Assembly: GCA_038316355.1 (NCBI GenBank)
Contig: JBBQAO010000008.1
Coordinates: 1,166 to 65,165 of the forward strand
Origin: Burkholderiales bacterium
Lineage (GTDB): Bacteria; Pseudomonadota; Gammaproteobacteria; Burkholderiales; SG8-41
Direction: 5' to 3'
DNA: 64,000 bases
Part shown: piece by piece, positions 7,657 through 17,124 of the stretch
Layout of the letters: each line of letters begins with the position of its first letter
How positions within the stretch are numbered: position 1 is the first letter of the stretch
The notes under the pieces: model-generated
Databases searched by the model: none
What the model saw: only the letters and a program-made list of their open reading frames with translations
What the model was told of the DNA's origin: nothing
Program-made: the position numbers and the translations under genes

Positions 7657-7824
7657 TATTCAGTGCGAACGAAAAGTCAAAACCCGCCCTCTCCCGGCGC
7701 TGCGCGCCACCCTCTCCCGGAGGGCGAGGGTTTATTTCCCTCTCCCTCCGGGTGAGGGATGAGGGATGAGGGGTGAGGGGTGAGGGATGAGGGAAGGTGT
7801 TGATTTGCTCGTTCGTACCGAATA
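7657..7824. mobile_element. 168-bp MITE-like palindromic intergenic element (copy A)
   Basis: Terminal inverted repeats: left TATTCAGTGCGAACGA, right (reverse complement) TATTCGGTACGAACGA, 14 of 16 identical. The left half is C-rich (CCCTC motifs) and the right half G-rich (GAGGG motifs), so the whole element can fold back on itself. Homologous end to end with the copy at 14577-14742. No coding capacity. Confidence 0.7.
7754..7795 (+). repeat. heptanucleotide tandem array (GAGGGRT) x6 inside element A
   Basis: Units are GAGGGAT GAGGGAT GAGGGGT GAGGGGT GAGGGAT GAGGGAA. This gives six G3-4 tracts separated by 3-4 nt. Confidence 0.85.
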
Positions 7825-7879
7825 GACACACGAAAGTGTAGCATAGCCACCGTTATATCCGGCTGCGTACCCGCTGGGT

Positions 7880-8629
7880 TTACAGCAGCAGATAACGATG
7901 CGCTTCACGCCGCAGCGCGGCGCGGCGTTCGGCGTAATCAGGAACAAGCGCGGCGACGGTATGCCAGAACGCCGGTGAGTGATTCATCTGACGCAGATGA
8001 GCGACTTCGTGTGCGGCGACATAATCGATCCATGCCGGCGGCGCCTGCACCAGCCGCCAGTTCATGCTGATGCGGCCCTTGGCATGGCAACTGCCCCAGC
8101 GTGTGCGTGCATTCGACAGCCGTACCACTGGCGCCGGCAGATCCAGTTGAGCGCTGTAGTCGTGGCAGCGACGGGTAAAACACGCCAGCCCCTGCTGTTT
8201 CAGCCAGTTGCGTACCGCGGACTCAATCGCCAAAGGCGTCGGCTGCGGATCAAACAGCAAACGCTCCTGTTCCAGTTGCGGCAGCTTGATGCCGACACGT
8301 GCTTCCAGCGTCAGCGCTGCGCCGTACAGCATGATCTGTTCTCCGGCGATCCATGATCGCTGCGGCTGGCGCTTTTGCTGCCAGTCTTGGACCTTGCGGA
8401 TCACCCAGGCGGCATGTGTGCGCAGCAACTCGTCTATGGCCTTCTGCGGCGCTTTGAGCGGTGCTGCGACGCGCAGGCCGCGTTCATCGATCAGCAGCGC
8501 AATCGTGCGCCGGCGCCGGGTGCGTTGCAGTGTGTAGCCGATGCGTTGGCCGTCCAGTTCGATGGCCGGGACGGATTCTGGCACCGCATAAAGCGGTAAT
8601 TCGGATTGCAGGGCCGGATTTTTGCGCAT
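7880..8629 (-). CDS. M48-family / YgjP-like (DUF45) metal-dependent hydrolase
   Basis: HExxH motif in VAAHEVAHLRQMNHSPAFW near the C-terminus. Start moved from 8719 to ATG 8629 so that it does not overlap plsC, whose stop is at 8640. Confidence 0.75.
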   Translation of the reverse strand: MRKNPALQSELPLYAVPESVPAIELDGQRIGYTLQRTRRRRTIALLIDERGLRVAAPLKAPQKAIDELLRTHAAWVIRKVQDWQQKRQPQRSWIAGEQIMLYGAALTLEARVGIKLPQLEQERLLFDPQPTPLAIESAVRNWLKQQGLACFTRRCHDYSAQLDLPAPVVRLSNARTRWGSCHAKGRISMNWRLVQAPPAWIDYVAAHEVAHLRQMNHSPAFWHTVAALVPDYAERRAALRREAHRYLLL

Positions 8630-8639
8630 TGGTCGGAAT

Positions 8640-9362
8640 TCAGCGGGAATCGAGCAGCAGCATTTCGCTCTCGATCCAGTTTTCCACGCGTCTGGCCAGC
8701 GTTTCGGCGTCTGTACCATCCGCCCGGATGGGGGTGCCGATGCTGACGGTGATCAGGCCTGGGCGTTTGAGAAAGGCATTGCGGCCCCAGCAGGTGCCGG
8801 CGTTATGCGCGACCGGGATTACCGTGGTGCCGGTTTGCACCGCGAGGCGTGCGCCGCCCGGGCGATATTTGCCGCGCTGGCCGGGTGCGATGCGGGTGCC
8901 TTCGGGGAAAATGACAATGCAGAAGCCGGCGGCCAGACGTGCGACACCCTGTTCCACCAGTTGCTGCAGTGCTTCGCGGCGCAGGCTGCGGTCAATCGCA
9001 ATCGGCGACAGCATCGCCAGTCCCCAGCCGAAAAACGGCACGCGCAGCAGTTCGCGTTTCAATACCCAGACCTGCGGCGGAAAAATCTGCTGAAAGGCCA
9101 GCGTTTCCCAGGCCGACTGGTGTTTGGACAGGATGATGCAGGGCTCAGTCGGAATGTTTTCGCGGCCGATCACGCGGTAACGGATGCCGCAGATCACGCG
9201 CGCAGCCCACATTACACAGTGCGTCCATATGGAAATGATGCGATACCGCGTCAGCGCCGGCAGCGGGAAGGTCAGCAGCGCGATGACCGCAAAAACAGGG
9301 GTGATCAGGATCAGGAAAAAAGCGAACAGCGCGGAGCGCAGCGCGATTATTGAAAATTGCAT
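8640..9362 (-). CDS. plsC: 1-acyl-sn-glycerol-3-phosphate acyltransferase
   Basis: Acyltransferase motifs SKHQSAWETL and IFPEGTR. N-terminal TM segment. Start chosen at ATG 9362 (MQFSIIALRS...). Confidence 0.85.
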   Translation of the reverse strand: MQFSIIALRSALFAFFLILITPVFAVIALLTFPLPALTRYRIISIWTHCVMWAARVICGIRYRVIGRENIPTEPCIILSKHQSAWETLAFQQIFPPQVWVLKRELLRVPFFGWGLAMLSPIAIDRSLRREALQQLVEQGVARLAAGFCIVIFPEGTRIAPGQRGKYRPGGARLAVQTGTTVIPVAHNAGTCWGRNAFLKRPGLITVSIGTPIRADGTDAETLARRVENWIESEMLLLDSR

Positions 9363-9426
9363 AAAGAATGACCAAAACAGGCCTCGGGCGAGGCTGTCAT
9401 GTTTTTGGAAAAAATCAATAGCACCA

Positions 9427-9960
9427 TCATTGCAGCAGGTTGCGCACGGCCGCCGCGAGGTCGTCGCAAACGACGGTGCCTTCCGGCAGGTTGCCATCCT
9501 TGCGGGTTTTTTTGCCTTTGCCGGTCAACACCAGAATCGGTTGCGCGCCGACCGCGACGGCGGCCTGCAGGTCGCGCAAGGAATCGCCGATGAACGGCAC
9601 GCCGTCAAGATCGACGCCGAAACGATGTGCGATCTCTTCCAGCAGTCCGGTTTTTGGCTTGCGGCAGTTGCAGCCGGCGTCCTCGGCATGCGGGCAGTAG
9701 AAAATCCCGTCAATACGGCCGCCGGCCACCCCCAGCGCGCGGTGCATCTTGTCGTGGATGGCATTCAGCGTCGCCATTTCGAACAGGCCGCGGCCGATGC
9801 CGGACTGGTTGGTGGCGACCAGCACCCGGTAACCGGCCTGGCTCAACAGTGCGATGGCCTCCAGGCTGCCCGGGATCGGTTTCCATTCTTCCGGGCTTTT
9901 GATGTACGCCGGGCTGTCGTGGTTGATGACGCCGTCGCGGTCGAGGATGATGATTTTCAT
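9427..9960 (-). CDS. gmhB: D-glycero-beta-D-manno-heptose-1,7-bisphosphate 7-phosphatase
   Basis: 177 aa. HAD motif I ILDRDGVIN, TNQSGIGRG, and the Zn-binding CPHAEDAGCNCRKP segment. Confidence 0.9.
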   Translation of the reverse strand: MKIIILDRDGVINHDSPAYIKSPEEWKPIPGSLEAIALLSQAGYRVLVATNQSGIGRGLFEMATLNAIHDKMHRALGVAGGRIDGIFYCPHAEDAGCNCRKPKTGLLEEIAHRFGVDLDGVPFIGDSLRDLQAAVAVGAQPILVLTGKGKKTRKDGNLPEGTVVCDDLAAAVRNLLQ

Positions 9961-10003
9961 CGGACAGTGATGAATGATGAGTGAGGAATGATGAGTAAAG
10001 GTT

Positions 10004-12076
10004 TCATGCGGCGAGTTTGGAGATGTCGGCGAAGCGATTAAATGCGCTTTCGAGCTTCATCAACAGCAGCAGACGGTTGCTGCGAAGTGCGGGATCTTCG
10101 ACATTGACCATGACTTTGTCGAAAAACGCATCCACTGCCGGTTTCAATACGGCCAGTGCCTGCAGAGTTTCCGTAAATTGTCCGGACTCGTAGGCTGCAT
10201 CCGCTTTTGTGTCGGCGGACATGAAGGCCTTGTAGAGCTCGGACTCTTCTCTGGCCTGAAAATGCTTTTCGGAGAACACGTCGCCGGCAGAGGGGGCTGA
10301 TTTCCCGATGATGTTTTTGATGCGTTTGTTGGCAGCCGCCAGGCTGGCTGCCTCGGGCAGCGCGGCAAAGGCGCGCACGGCAGCGAGCTGCAGCGGAATT
10401 TTATGGACAAGGACCGGGCGCATGCTCAGCACCGCGTCGATTTCCTGGGTGGTGTAACCGGCATCGGAGAAATAGCCGCGCATGCGCTCAAATACAAAGG
10501 TTTCGAGATCGCTGTGGGCATCCGTGGTCTTGGCATCGAATGCGGCGAATGCTGCGCTGACCAGTTCATCAAGGCGCAACGGCAGGTCGCGCTCAATCAG
10601 GATGCGAATGACACCCAGCGCGTGGCGGCGCAACGCGAAGGGATCGCGGTCGCCGGTTGGCAACTGGCCGATGCCAAACATCCCCGCCAGGGTTTCCAGC
10701 TTGTCCGCCAGGGCGACGGCGCAGGCCACCGCGCTTGCCGGCAGTTTGTCGCCGGCGTAGCGCGGCAGGTAGTGTTCGGCGATGGCCTCGGCAACAGCGG
10801 CAGATTCGCCATCATGCTGTGCGTAGTAACGCCCCATGATGCCTTGCAGCTCCGGAAATTCACCGACCATGCCGGTCGTCAAATCCGCTTTGGCCAGCCA
10901 GGCGGCGCGTTCGGCCTGCGCAGCATCGGCGTTCAGCAGCCGTGCGATTTTCCCCGCCAGCAATTGCACGCGTTGAACACGCTGCAGTTGGCTGCCGAGT
11001 TTATTGTGATAAACGACTTTTTCCAGCCGCGGCACCCGGGTTTCCAGCCGTTGCTTGCGATCCTGGTTGTAGAAAAACCGCGCATCCTCCAGCCGTGGAC
11101 GGACCACGCGCTGATTGCCGCTGATGATGTGCGCCGGATCGGCGACCTGCATGTTGCTGACGATCAGGAAGCGGTTGTTCAGCTTGCCGGCAGCGTCGAA
11201 CAGCGGGAAATACTTTTGATTCTGCCGCATGGTCAGGATCAGGCATTCGGCAGGCACTTCGAGGAAACCCGCATCGAAGGCGCCGACGTAGACCGACGGG
11301 TGTTCGACCAGCGCGGTGACCTCATCCAGCAGATCCTGGTATTCGCCCAGCGTGGCCTGCTGTTTTTTCGCTTCTGCCTGCAGCAGGGCGTCGATCATCG
11401 CGCGGCGCTGGACGAAATCGGCGATGACCATGCCTTCTTTCGCCAGCGTCGCCTCGTAGGCTTCAGCGTCCGCAATCACCAGTTCGGACTTGCCCATGAA
11501 GCGGTGGCCACGGGTTTTGTTGCCCGAACCGATGCCGAGCACCGTGCCGGGCACGACCGATGCGCCATGCAGCATGATCAGGCCGTGCACCGGGCGCACG
11601 AATTCGGCATCACCGTCGCCCCAGCGCATGATTTTGGCGACGGGCAGTTTTTTCAGCGCGGCCTCGACTTTTGCCGCCAGGATGTCTTTCAGCGCGCTGC
11701 CGGTAGCGGTTTTACGGCAGGCAAACACGGCGCCTTTTGCCGATTCGATCTGGATCAGGTCTTCGACAGTGACGCCGTTTTTCTTGGCAAAACCGGCCAG
11801 TGCCGGTGTGGGTTTGCCGTCGCGGTCGAGCCCGACCTTGACCGACGGCCCCTGGATTTCCAGCGCCTTGTCCGGTGATTGGGCCAGGGTTTGCGTGATC
11901 TGCACCGCGAGTCGGCGCGGGGTGGCATAAGCGCGTGAGGCACTGTTTGCTGCGAGGAAACCTTCCTGCTGCAGATCTTCGGTCAATGCTTTGCGGAAAG
12001 CTTCGGCCAGCTTTGCCAGCGATTTCGGCGGCAATTCCTCGGTCAGCAGTTCAACCAGCAGCGTCGCGGTATTCAT
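10004..12076 (-). CDS. glyS: glycine--tRNA ligase beta subunit
   Basis: 690 aa. N-terminus [13 protein letters not shown]. 4-nt overlap with upstream glyQ. Confidence 0.95.
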   Translation of the reverse strand: MNTATLLVELLTEELPPKSLAKLAEAFRKALTEDLQQEGFLAANSASRAYATPRRLAVQITQTLAQSPDKALEIQGPSVKVGLDRDGKPTPALAGFAKKNGVTVEDLIQIESAKGAVFACRKTATGSALKDILAAKVEAALKKLPVAKIMRWGDGDAEFVRPVHGLIMLHGASVVPGTVLGIGSGNKTRGHRFMGKSELVIADAEAYEATLAKEGMVIADFVQRRAMIDALLQAEAKKQQATLGEYQDLLDEVTALVEHPSVYVGAFDAGFLEVPAECLILTMRQNQKYFPLFDAAGKLNNRFLIVSNMQVADPAHIISGNQRVVRPRLEDARFFYNQDRKQRLETRVPRLEKVVYHNKLGSQLQRVQRVQLLAGKIARLLNADAAQAERAAWLAKADLTTGMVGEFPELQGIMGRYYAQHDGESAAVAEAIAEHYLPRYAGDKLPASAVACAVALADKLETLAGMFGIGQLPTGDRDPFALRRHALGVIRILIERDLPLRLDELVSAAFAAFDAKTTDAHSDLETFVFERMRGYFSDAGYTTQEIDAVLSMRPVLVHKIPLQLAAVRAFAALPEAASLAAANKRIKNIIGKSAPSAGDVFSEKHFQAREESELYKAFMSADTKADAAYESGQFTETLQALAVLKPAVDAFFDKVMVNVEDPALRSNRLLLLMKLESAFNRFADISKLAA

Positions 12077-12948
12077 GACGCACGCAGCATCGGAAAGCCC
12101 AGCTTCTCGCGCGACTCGTAATAGGCCTGCGCCACGGCACGGGACAGGGTGCGCACGCGGCCGATGTAGGCAGCGCGTTCGGTGACGGAGATTGCGCCGC
12201 GCGCATCAAGCAGATTGAAGGTGTGCGAGGCTTTCATCACCATTTCGTAGCCCGGCAAGACACATTGTGCCGCAATGAGCCGTTTCGCTTCTTCCTCATA
12301 TTCGCTGAAATGACGGAACAGCATGTCGGCGTTTGACAGTTCGAAGTTGTAGCGCGACTGCTCGACTTCATTCTGATGGTAGACGTCGCGATAGGTGACG
12401 CCGGGGGTCCACGTCAGGTCGAACACGGATTCGACACCCTGCAGATACATCGCCAGTCGTTCGAGGCCGTAAGTGATTTCACCGAGCACCGGCTTGCATG
12501 ACAGACTGCCAACTTCCTGGAAATAGGTGAACTGGGTGACTTCCATGCCGTCCAGCCACACCTCCCAGCCAAGGCCCCAGGCGCCCAGCGTCGGCGACTC
12601 CCAGTCATCTTCGACGAAACGGATGTCATGCGCCCTGGGATCGATGCCCAATGCGCGCAGCGAGTCGAGATAGAGTTGCTGGATGTTCGCCGGTGACGGC
12701 TTCAGCACCACCTGATACTGGTAGTAATGCTGCAGCCGGTTCGGGTTGTCGCCGTAGCGACCATCTTTGGGGCGGCGTGACGGCTGCACGAAAGCCGCTT
12801 TCCACGGCTCGGGGCCGATGGCGCGGAGAAAGGTTGCGGTGTGGAAAGTGCCCGCACCGACTTCCATGTCGTACGGTTGCAGCAGCGCGCAGCCCTGCGC
12901 GTCCCAGAACTGGTTCAAGGTCAGAATGATTTGCTGGAAAGTAAGCAT
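12073..12948 (-). CDS. glyQ: glycine--tRNA ligase alpha subunit
   Basis: 291 aa. Highly conserved [15 protein letters not shown]...[26 protein letters not shown]. Confidence 0.97.
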   Translation of the reverse strand: MLTFQQIILTLNQFWDAQGCALLQPYDMEVGAGTFHTATFLRAIGPEPWKAAFVQPSRRPKDGRYGDNPNRLQHYYQYQVVLKPSPANIQQLYLDSLRALGIDPRAHDIRFVEDDWESPTLGAWGLGWEVWLDGMEVTQFTYFQEVGSLSCKPVLGEITYGLERLAMYLQGVESVFDLTWTPGVTYRDVYHQNEVEQSRYNFELSNADMLFRHFSEYEEEAKRLIAAQCVLPGYEMVMKASHTFNLLDARGAISVTERAAYIGRVRTLSRAVAQAYYESREKLGFPMLRAS

Positions 12949-13039
12949 GAAAAATGCGCATTGCGGCAGGGCGCCGCCAAGCCGCGAATTTTACAGGGTT
13001 TGCCGCACCGCGCCAAAGGCCGGCGGCTGTACGGTGCGG

Positions 13040-14548
13040 CTATTTTGGTGCGCGGCGCAGAGTGACAAATGCTGTCGCGATGCCGAGCAGGCACAGCGCC
13101 AGCGCTGCGGTGTTGCCCCAGCGCACATAAGGCGTTGCGCCGCGCATGCCGGCGACGGTTCGGGTCAGTACCGCCGACTGGAATTCGGGTGCGACGGCTT
13201 CAACCATGCCCTGCGGATTGACCACCGCAGTCATGCCGGTGTTGGTGGCGCGCAGCATGTAACGGCCGGTTTCCAGCGCGCGCATCTGCGCGATCTGCAG
13301 ATGCTGCTGCGGCGCCACCGAACGGCCGAACCAGGCGACATTGCTGACATTGACCAGCAGTGTCGCCTGCGGCAACTGGCGGATGATTTCCTCGCCGAAA
13401 GCGTCCTCGTAGCAGATGTTGATCGCGACCTGTTCGCCGGCTACCGCCAGCGGTTGCTGATCGACACTGCCGCGCGCGAAATCCTGCAGCGGAATCGCCA
13501 GCCGTGACACCAGTTCACCGAGGATCGGGCGCAGCGGAATGAATTCACCGAAGGGCACCAGGTGGTTTTTGCGGTAGGTCTGGCCTTTTGCGCTGCCCAC
13601 CGACACCACGCTGTTGTAGTAATCACCGTTGGGCAGGCGCTCGGGCACGCCGATCAGCACGTCGCCGTTGTTGCGCCTGGCGTGTTCTGCCAGCGCATCC
13701 AGATAAGCGGCAGGAACATCGCGCAGAAACAGCGGCAATGCCGTCTCGGGCAGGATGATCAAACGCGCGTCGCTGCCGCGGACCATGTCGAGGTAGGTTT
13801 TCAGTGTGGCGCGCAACTGGTCTTCGCGCCATTTCTGATCCTGGTCGATATTGCCCTGAAGCAGGCTGACAGAGATGCTGGTGCCAGTGGCTTCGGTCCA
13901 GGCCACGTGTTTGAGGCCAGCGCCGGCGATCCAGATGACGATCAGCGCTGCCGGCCATCGCCACACCGCGCGCAGATTACCCCACGGTCTTGCCAGCCAT
14001 AACCAGCACAAGGTGCCGGCAGTGGCGAACAGCAGCAGCGTGATGCCGTGCAGGCCGAGCACTGCGGCATAACCGGCGAGCGGACTGGCCGGCGCTTGCG
14101 AGTAACCGGGATTGATCCAGGGGAATCCGGTGAATACCCAACCGCGCAGCCATTCGAGCAGCGTGAACACGGCTGGTACGAAGACGATCCAGTTCAGTGC
14201 GGAGGGAATTGCAAACCGCCGGCTCAGATAACCAACGATGGCTGGATGCAGCGCAAGGTAGGCGCAGAACAACAGCGTGGCTGCAGCGGCCAGTGGCGCC
14301 GGCATCGCGCCGAATATGTTCAGACTGATATAAACCCAGGACACGCCGGCGCCGAACCAGCCCAGCCCGAAGGCAAAACCCAGCAGCGCTGCATCGCGAG
14401 CCGACGCCGCGCGCTGCCACAGCAGGAACAGCGCGGCAAAGGTCAGCAGCGGCAGCGGGAACAGGTAAAACGGCGCGTAACCGGCGACGGTGATGGCGCC
14501 CAACGTTGCGGCGATGACCCACTGGGTGCTGCGGCGTGGTGTGAGCAT
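13040..14548 (-). CDS. lnt: apolipoprotein N-acyltransferase
   Basis: 502 aa. Multi-TM N-terminal half plus a CN-hydrolase domain (LLQGNIDQDQKW, ICYEDAF). Confidence 0.92.
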   Translation of the reverse strand: MLTPRRSTQWVIAATLGAITVAGYAPFYLFPLPLLTFAALFLLWQRAASARDAALLGFAFGLGWFGAGVSWVYISLNIFGAMPAPLAAAATLLFCAYLALHPAIVGYLSRRFAIPSALNWIVFVPAVFTLLEWLRGWVFTGFPWINPGYSQAPASPLAGYAAVLGLHGITLLLFATAGTLCWLWLARPWGNLRAVWRWPAALIVIWIAGAGLKHVAWTEATGTSISVSLLQGNIDQDQKWREDQLRATLKTYLDMVRGSDARLIILPETALPLFLRDVPAAYLDALAEHARRNNGDVLIGVPERLPNGDYYNSVVSVGSAKGQTYRKNHLVPFGEFIPLRPILGELVSRLAIPLQDFARGSVDQQPLAVAGEQVAINICYEDAFGEEIIRQLPQATLLVNVSNVAWFGRSVAPQQHLQIAQMRALETGRYMLRATNTGMTAVVNPQGMVEAVAPEFQSAVLTRTVAGMRGATPYVRWGNTAALALCLLGIATAFVTLRRAPK

Positions 14549-14576
14549 CAGGGCGTCAGTCCAAAATATCAGTAAC

Positions 14577-14742
14577 TATTCAGTGTGAACGAAAGTCAAA
14601 AACATCCCTCATCCGGCGCTGCGCGCCACCCTTTGCTCTGCTTCAAGTGTGCCCTTGTCGCAGAGGGCGGGGGTTTCTCACCCTCCCCCCGGGAGAGGGC
14701 CGGGGTGAGGGAAGATGTTGATTGGGTCATCCGGGTCGAATA
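14577..14742. mobile_element. 166-bp MITE-like palindromic intergenic element (copy B)
   Basis: The left end TATTCAGTGTGAACGAAAGTCAAAAAC and the right end GAGGGAAGATGTTGATT...CGAATA align with copy A. It shares the internal CCGGCGCTGCGCGCCACCCT block with copy A. Flanked by the 9-bp direct repeat AAAATATCA (14563-14571 and 14747-14755). Confidence 0.7.
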
Positions 14743-14796
14743 GACGAAAATATCAATAAAAACAATTACTTATACTGTGCTGTAACTAGGCCACAG

Positions 14797-15633
14797 TTAT
14801 GCTGCCGGTTTATCGAGTTTTTTCGCAACCTGCAGCAGATAAACTCGCCGGCTGTCGGCGCGCAGCACACGGAAATTCCACTGGTCGATCAACAGCTGTT
14901 CGCCGCGTTTGGGCACGCGGCCAAACCGTTTCAGCACCAGGCCGCCGACGGTGTCGAATTCCTCGTCGCTGAATGCGGTGCCGAAGGCGGCGTTGAAATC
15001 GGCGATCTCGGTCAGCGCTTTGACGCGGTAGATGCCGCGTTTTTCCTGCACGATGTTGCCTTCGGCCTCGTCAAAATCGTATTCGTCCTCGATGTCGCCG
15101 ACGATCTGCTCCAGCACGTCCTCGATGGTGATCAGGCCGGCAACGCCACCGTATTCATCGACAACGATGGCGATGTGATTGCGGTTCTTGCGGAATTCCT
15201 TGAGCAGCACGTTGAGCGGCTTTGCTTCCGGAATGAACACCGCCGGGCGCAGCATTTCGCGCACATTGAATTCTTCCTCGCCGGCGTAATAGCGCAGCAG
15301 ATCCTTGGCGAGCAGGATGCCGATGACGTCATCCTTGCCTTCGCCGATGACCGGGAAACGCGAGTGCGCGGTTTCGATGACCAGCGGAATGAAGCGATCC
15401 GGCGGTTCGTTGACGTCGATGACATCCATCTGCGCGCGCGGCACCATGATGTCACGCGCCTGCATTTCAGCGACCTGCATCACGCCTTCGATCATCGCCA
15501 GGCCGTCGGCGTCGAGCAGGTTGTGGTCGTGTGCCGAGCGCAGCAGAGTGATCAGTTGTTCGCGGTCTTCGGGCTCGCGCAGCAGCAGCGTTGAGAGCCG
15601 TTCGAGCAGAGTGGGTTTTTGCGGTTCGGCCAT
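14797..15633 (-). CDS. corC: CorC/HlyC-family protein (CBS pair + CorC_HlyC domain)
   Basis: 278 aa. CBS-pair region and C-terminal transporter-associated domain. Lies in the conserved miaB-phoH-ybeY-corC-lnt context. Confidence 0.88.
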   Translation of the reverse strand: MAEPQKPTLLERLSTLLLREPEDREQLITLLRSAHDHNLLDADGLAMIEGVMQVAEMQARDIMVPRAQMDVIDVNEPPDRFIPLVIETAHSRFPVIGEGKDDVIGILLAKDLLRYYAGEEEFNVREMLRPAVFIPEAKPLNVLLKEFRKNRNHIAIVVDEYGGVAGLITIEDVLEQIVGDIEDEYDFDEAEGNIVQEKRGIYRVKALTEIADFNAAFGTAFSDEEFDTVGGLVLKRFGRVPKRGEQLLIDQWNFRVLRADSRRVYLLQVAKKLDKPAA

Positions 15634-15647
15634 ATTCGGTATTGTGT

Positions 15648-16133
15648 TCAGGCGCCGCGTGCCGGAGCAGGGCGATAGGGGTCAGGATACCCGAAGCGGG
15701 CGAGCAACGTCCGTTCGCGGCGTTCCATCACGGCGGCATCCTTGGTGTTTTTGTGGTCGTAACCCTGCAGGTGCAGCAGGCCGTGCATGACCATGTGCGC
15801 GTAATGCGCGGCGACGGTCTTGCGTTGTGCGCGGGCCTCGCGGGTGATCACCGGCGCGCACAATGCGATGTCGCCTTCGAGCGGCGGTGTATCGCGAAAG
15901 ACGAAGGTCAGCACGTTGGTGGCGTAATCCCTGTTGCGGTAGCTGCGGTTGAGCAGTCGCCCCTCGGCCTGACCGACGATGCGGATGGTGACGCGGGCAT
16001 TGCCGGCCGCATTGCTGGCCAGTGCTGCCCGCGCCCACTGGCGGATGCGCGCGGGTGTCGGCACGTTGCGCGCGGTGGCTGCGCATTGCACGGCGATGTG
16101 CGATCCCGAAGGACTTCTAGCGCCGCTTTTCAT
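15648..16133 (-). CDS. ybeY: rRNA maturation endoribonuclease YbeY
   Basis: Metal-binding motif HGLLHLQGYDH. Conserved position after phoH. Confidence 0.92.
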   Translation of the reverse strand: MKSGARSPSGSHIAVQCAATARNVPTPARIRQWARAALASNAAGNARVTIRIVGQAEGRLLNRSYRNRDYATNVLTFVFRDTPPLEGDIALCAPVITREARAQRKTVAAHYAHMVMHGLLHLQGYDHKNTKDAAVMERRERTLLARFGYPDPYRPAPARGA

Positions 16134-17109
16134 TTTTTTCGTTGTTGGCGGTTTTTCCGCTTTCTGCGGTTTTGCCGTAACGGTCGTAGGCGTTGACGAT
16201 GCGCTGCACCAGCGGATGACGCACCACGTCTTCGGACTTGAAAAAGGTGAAGGCGATGCCGCGTACTTTTTTCAGCACCACCTGGGCTTCGACCAGGCCG
16301 CTGATCATGCCTTTGGGCAGGTCGATCTGGGTGACGTCGCCGGTGATCACCGCCTTGCTGCCGAAACCGATGCGGGTGAGGAACATTTTCATCTGTTCGC
16401 GGGTGGTGTTCTGCGCCTCGTCGAGAATGATGAAGGCGTGGTTCAGCGTGCGCCCGCGCATGAATGCGAGCGGTGCGATCTCGATCGCCTGGCGCTCGAA
16501 CATCTTGGCGACCTTGTCGTAACCCATCAGGTCATACAGCGCGTCGTAGAGCGGGCGCAGGTACGGATCCACCTTCTGCGCCATGTCGCCGGGCAGGAAA
16601 CCCAGTCGTTCACCGGCTTCGACTGCGGGACGGACCAGGATGATGCGTTCCACTGCATCGCGCTCCAGCGCATCGACGGCACAGGCCACCGCCAGATAGG
16701 TCTTGCCGGTGCCGGCAGGGCCGATGCTGAAGGTGATGTCGTGTTTCTGGATGTTCAGCAGATATTCGTTCTGGCGCGGTGTGCGGCCGTGCAGGTCCGG
16801 CTTGCGGGTGATCAGCGCCGGCACGGGAATCGTGGCATGCGCCGCACCCTGGTGGCCGGCCTCGATCAGTGCGAGCTGAATTACATCCAGAGACAACGGA
16901 TCCTGCGCCTTGCCGTAAAAATCCTGCAGCACCCTGGCCGCGATGCGCGCGCGCTCCAGTGTGCCGTTCAATGCGAAATGTTCGCCGCGCCGCGTGATGT
17001 TGACGTCCAGCGCAGTTTCGATCTGGCGCAGGTTTTCGTCGAGCGCCCCGCACAGGTTGGCGAGGCGGTGGTTGTCGACCGGCGTAAAGCTGATTTCAAC
17101 GGGTTTCAA
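16117..17109 (-). CDS. phoH: PhoH-family ATPase (YbeZ)
   Basis: 330 aa. Walker A GPAGTGKTYLAV and Walker B FIILDEAQN. Confidence 0.92.
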   Translation of the reverse strand: MKPVEISFTPVDNHRLANLCGALDENLRQIETALDVNITRRGEHFALNGTLERARIAARVLQDFYGKAQDPLSLDVIQLALIEAGHQGAAHATIPVPALITRKPDLHGRTPRQNEYLLNIQKHDITFSIGPAGTGKTYLAVACAVDALERDAVERIILVRPAVEAGERLGFLPGDMAQKVDPYLRPLYDALYDLMGYDKVAKMFERQAIEIAPLAFMRGRTLNHAFIILDEAQNTTREQMKMFLTRIGFGSKAVITGDVTQIDLPKGMISGLVEAQVVLKKVRGIAFTFFKSEDVVRHPLVQRIVNAYDRYGKTAESGKTANNEKNEKRR

Positions 17110-17124
17110 TGGATGAGGTTACTT

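Noticed and set aside
10403-11878. 491-aa plus-strand ORF opposite glyS
   Set aside because: It lies antisense to a highly conserved aminoacyl-tRNA synthetase subunit and has no recognisable domain. The same reasoning applies to 12767-13507 opposite glyQ and lnt.
13002-13040. 9-bp inverted repeat GCCGCACCG / CGGTGCGGC at the lnt stop codon as a terminator
   Set aside because: The loop is long (21 nt). On the lnt strand the hairpin is followed by AAACCC rather than a U-tract. It may be an intercistronic structure, but I cannot support a terminator call.
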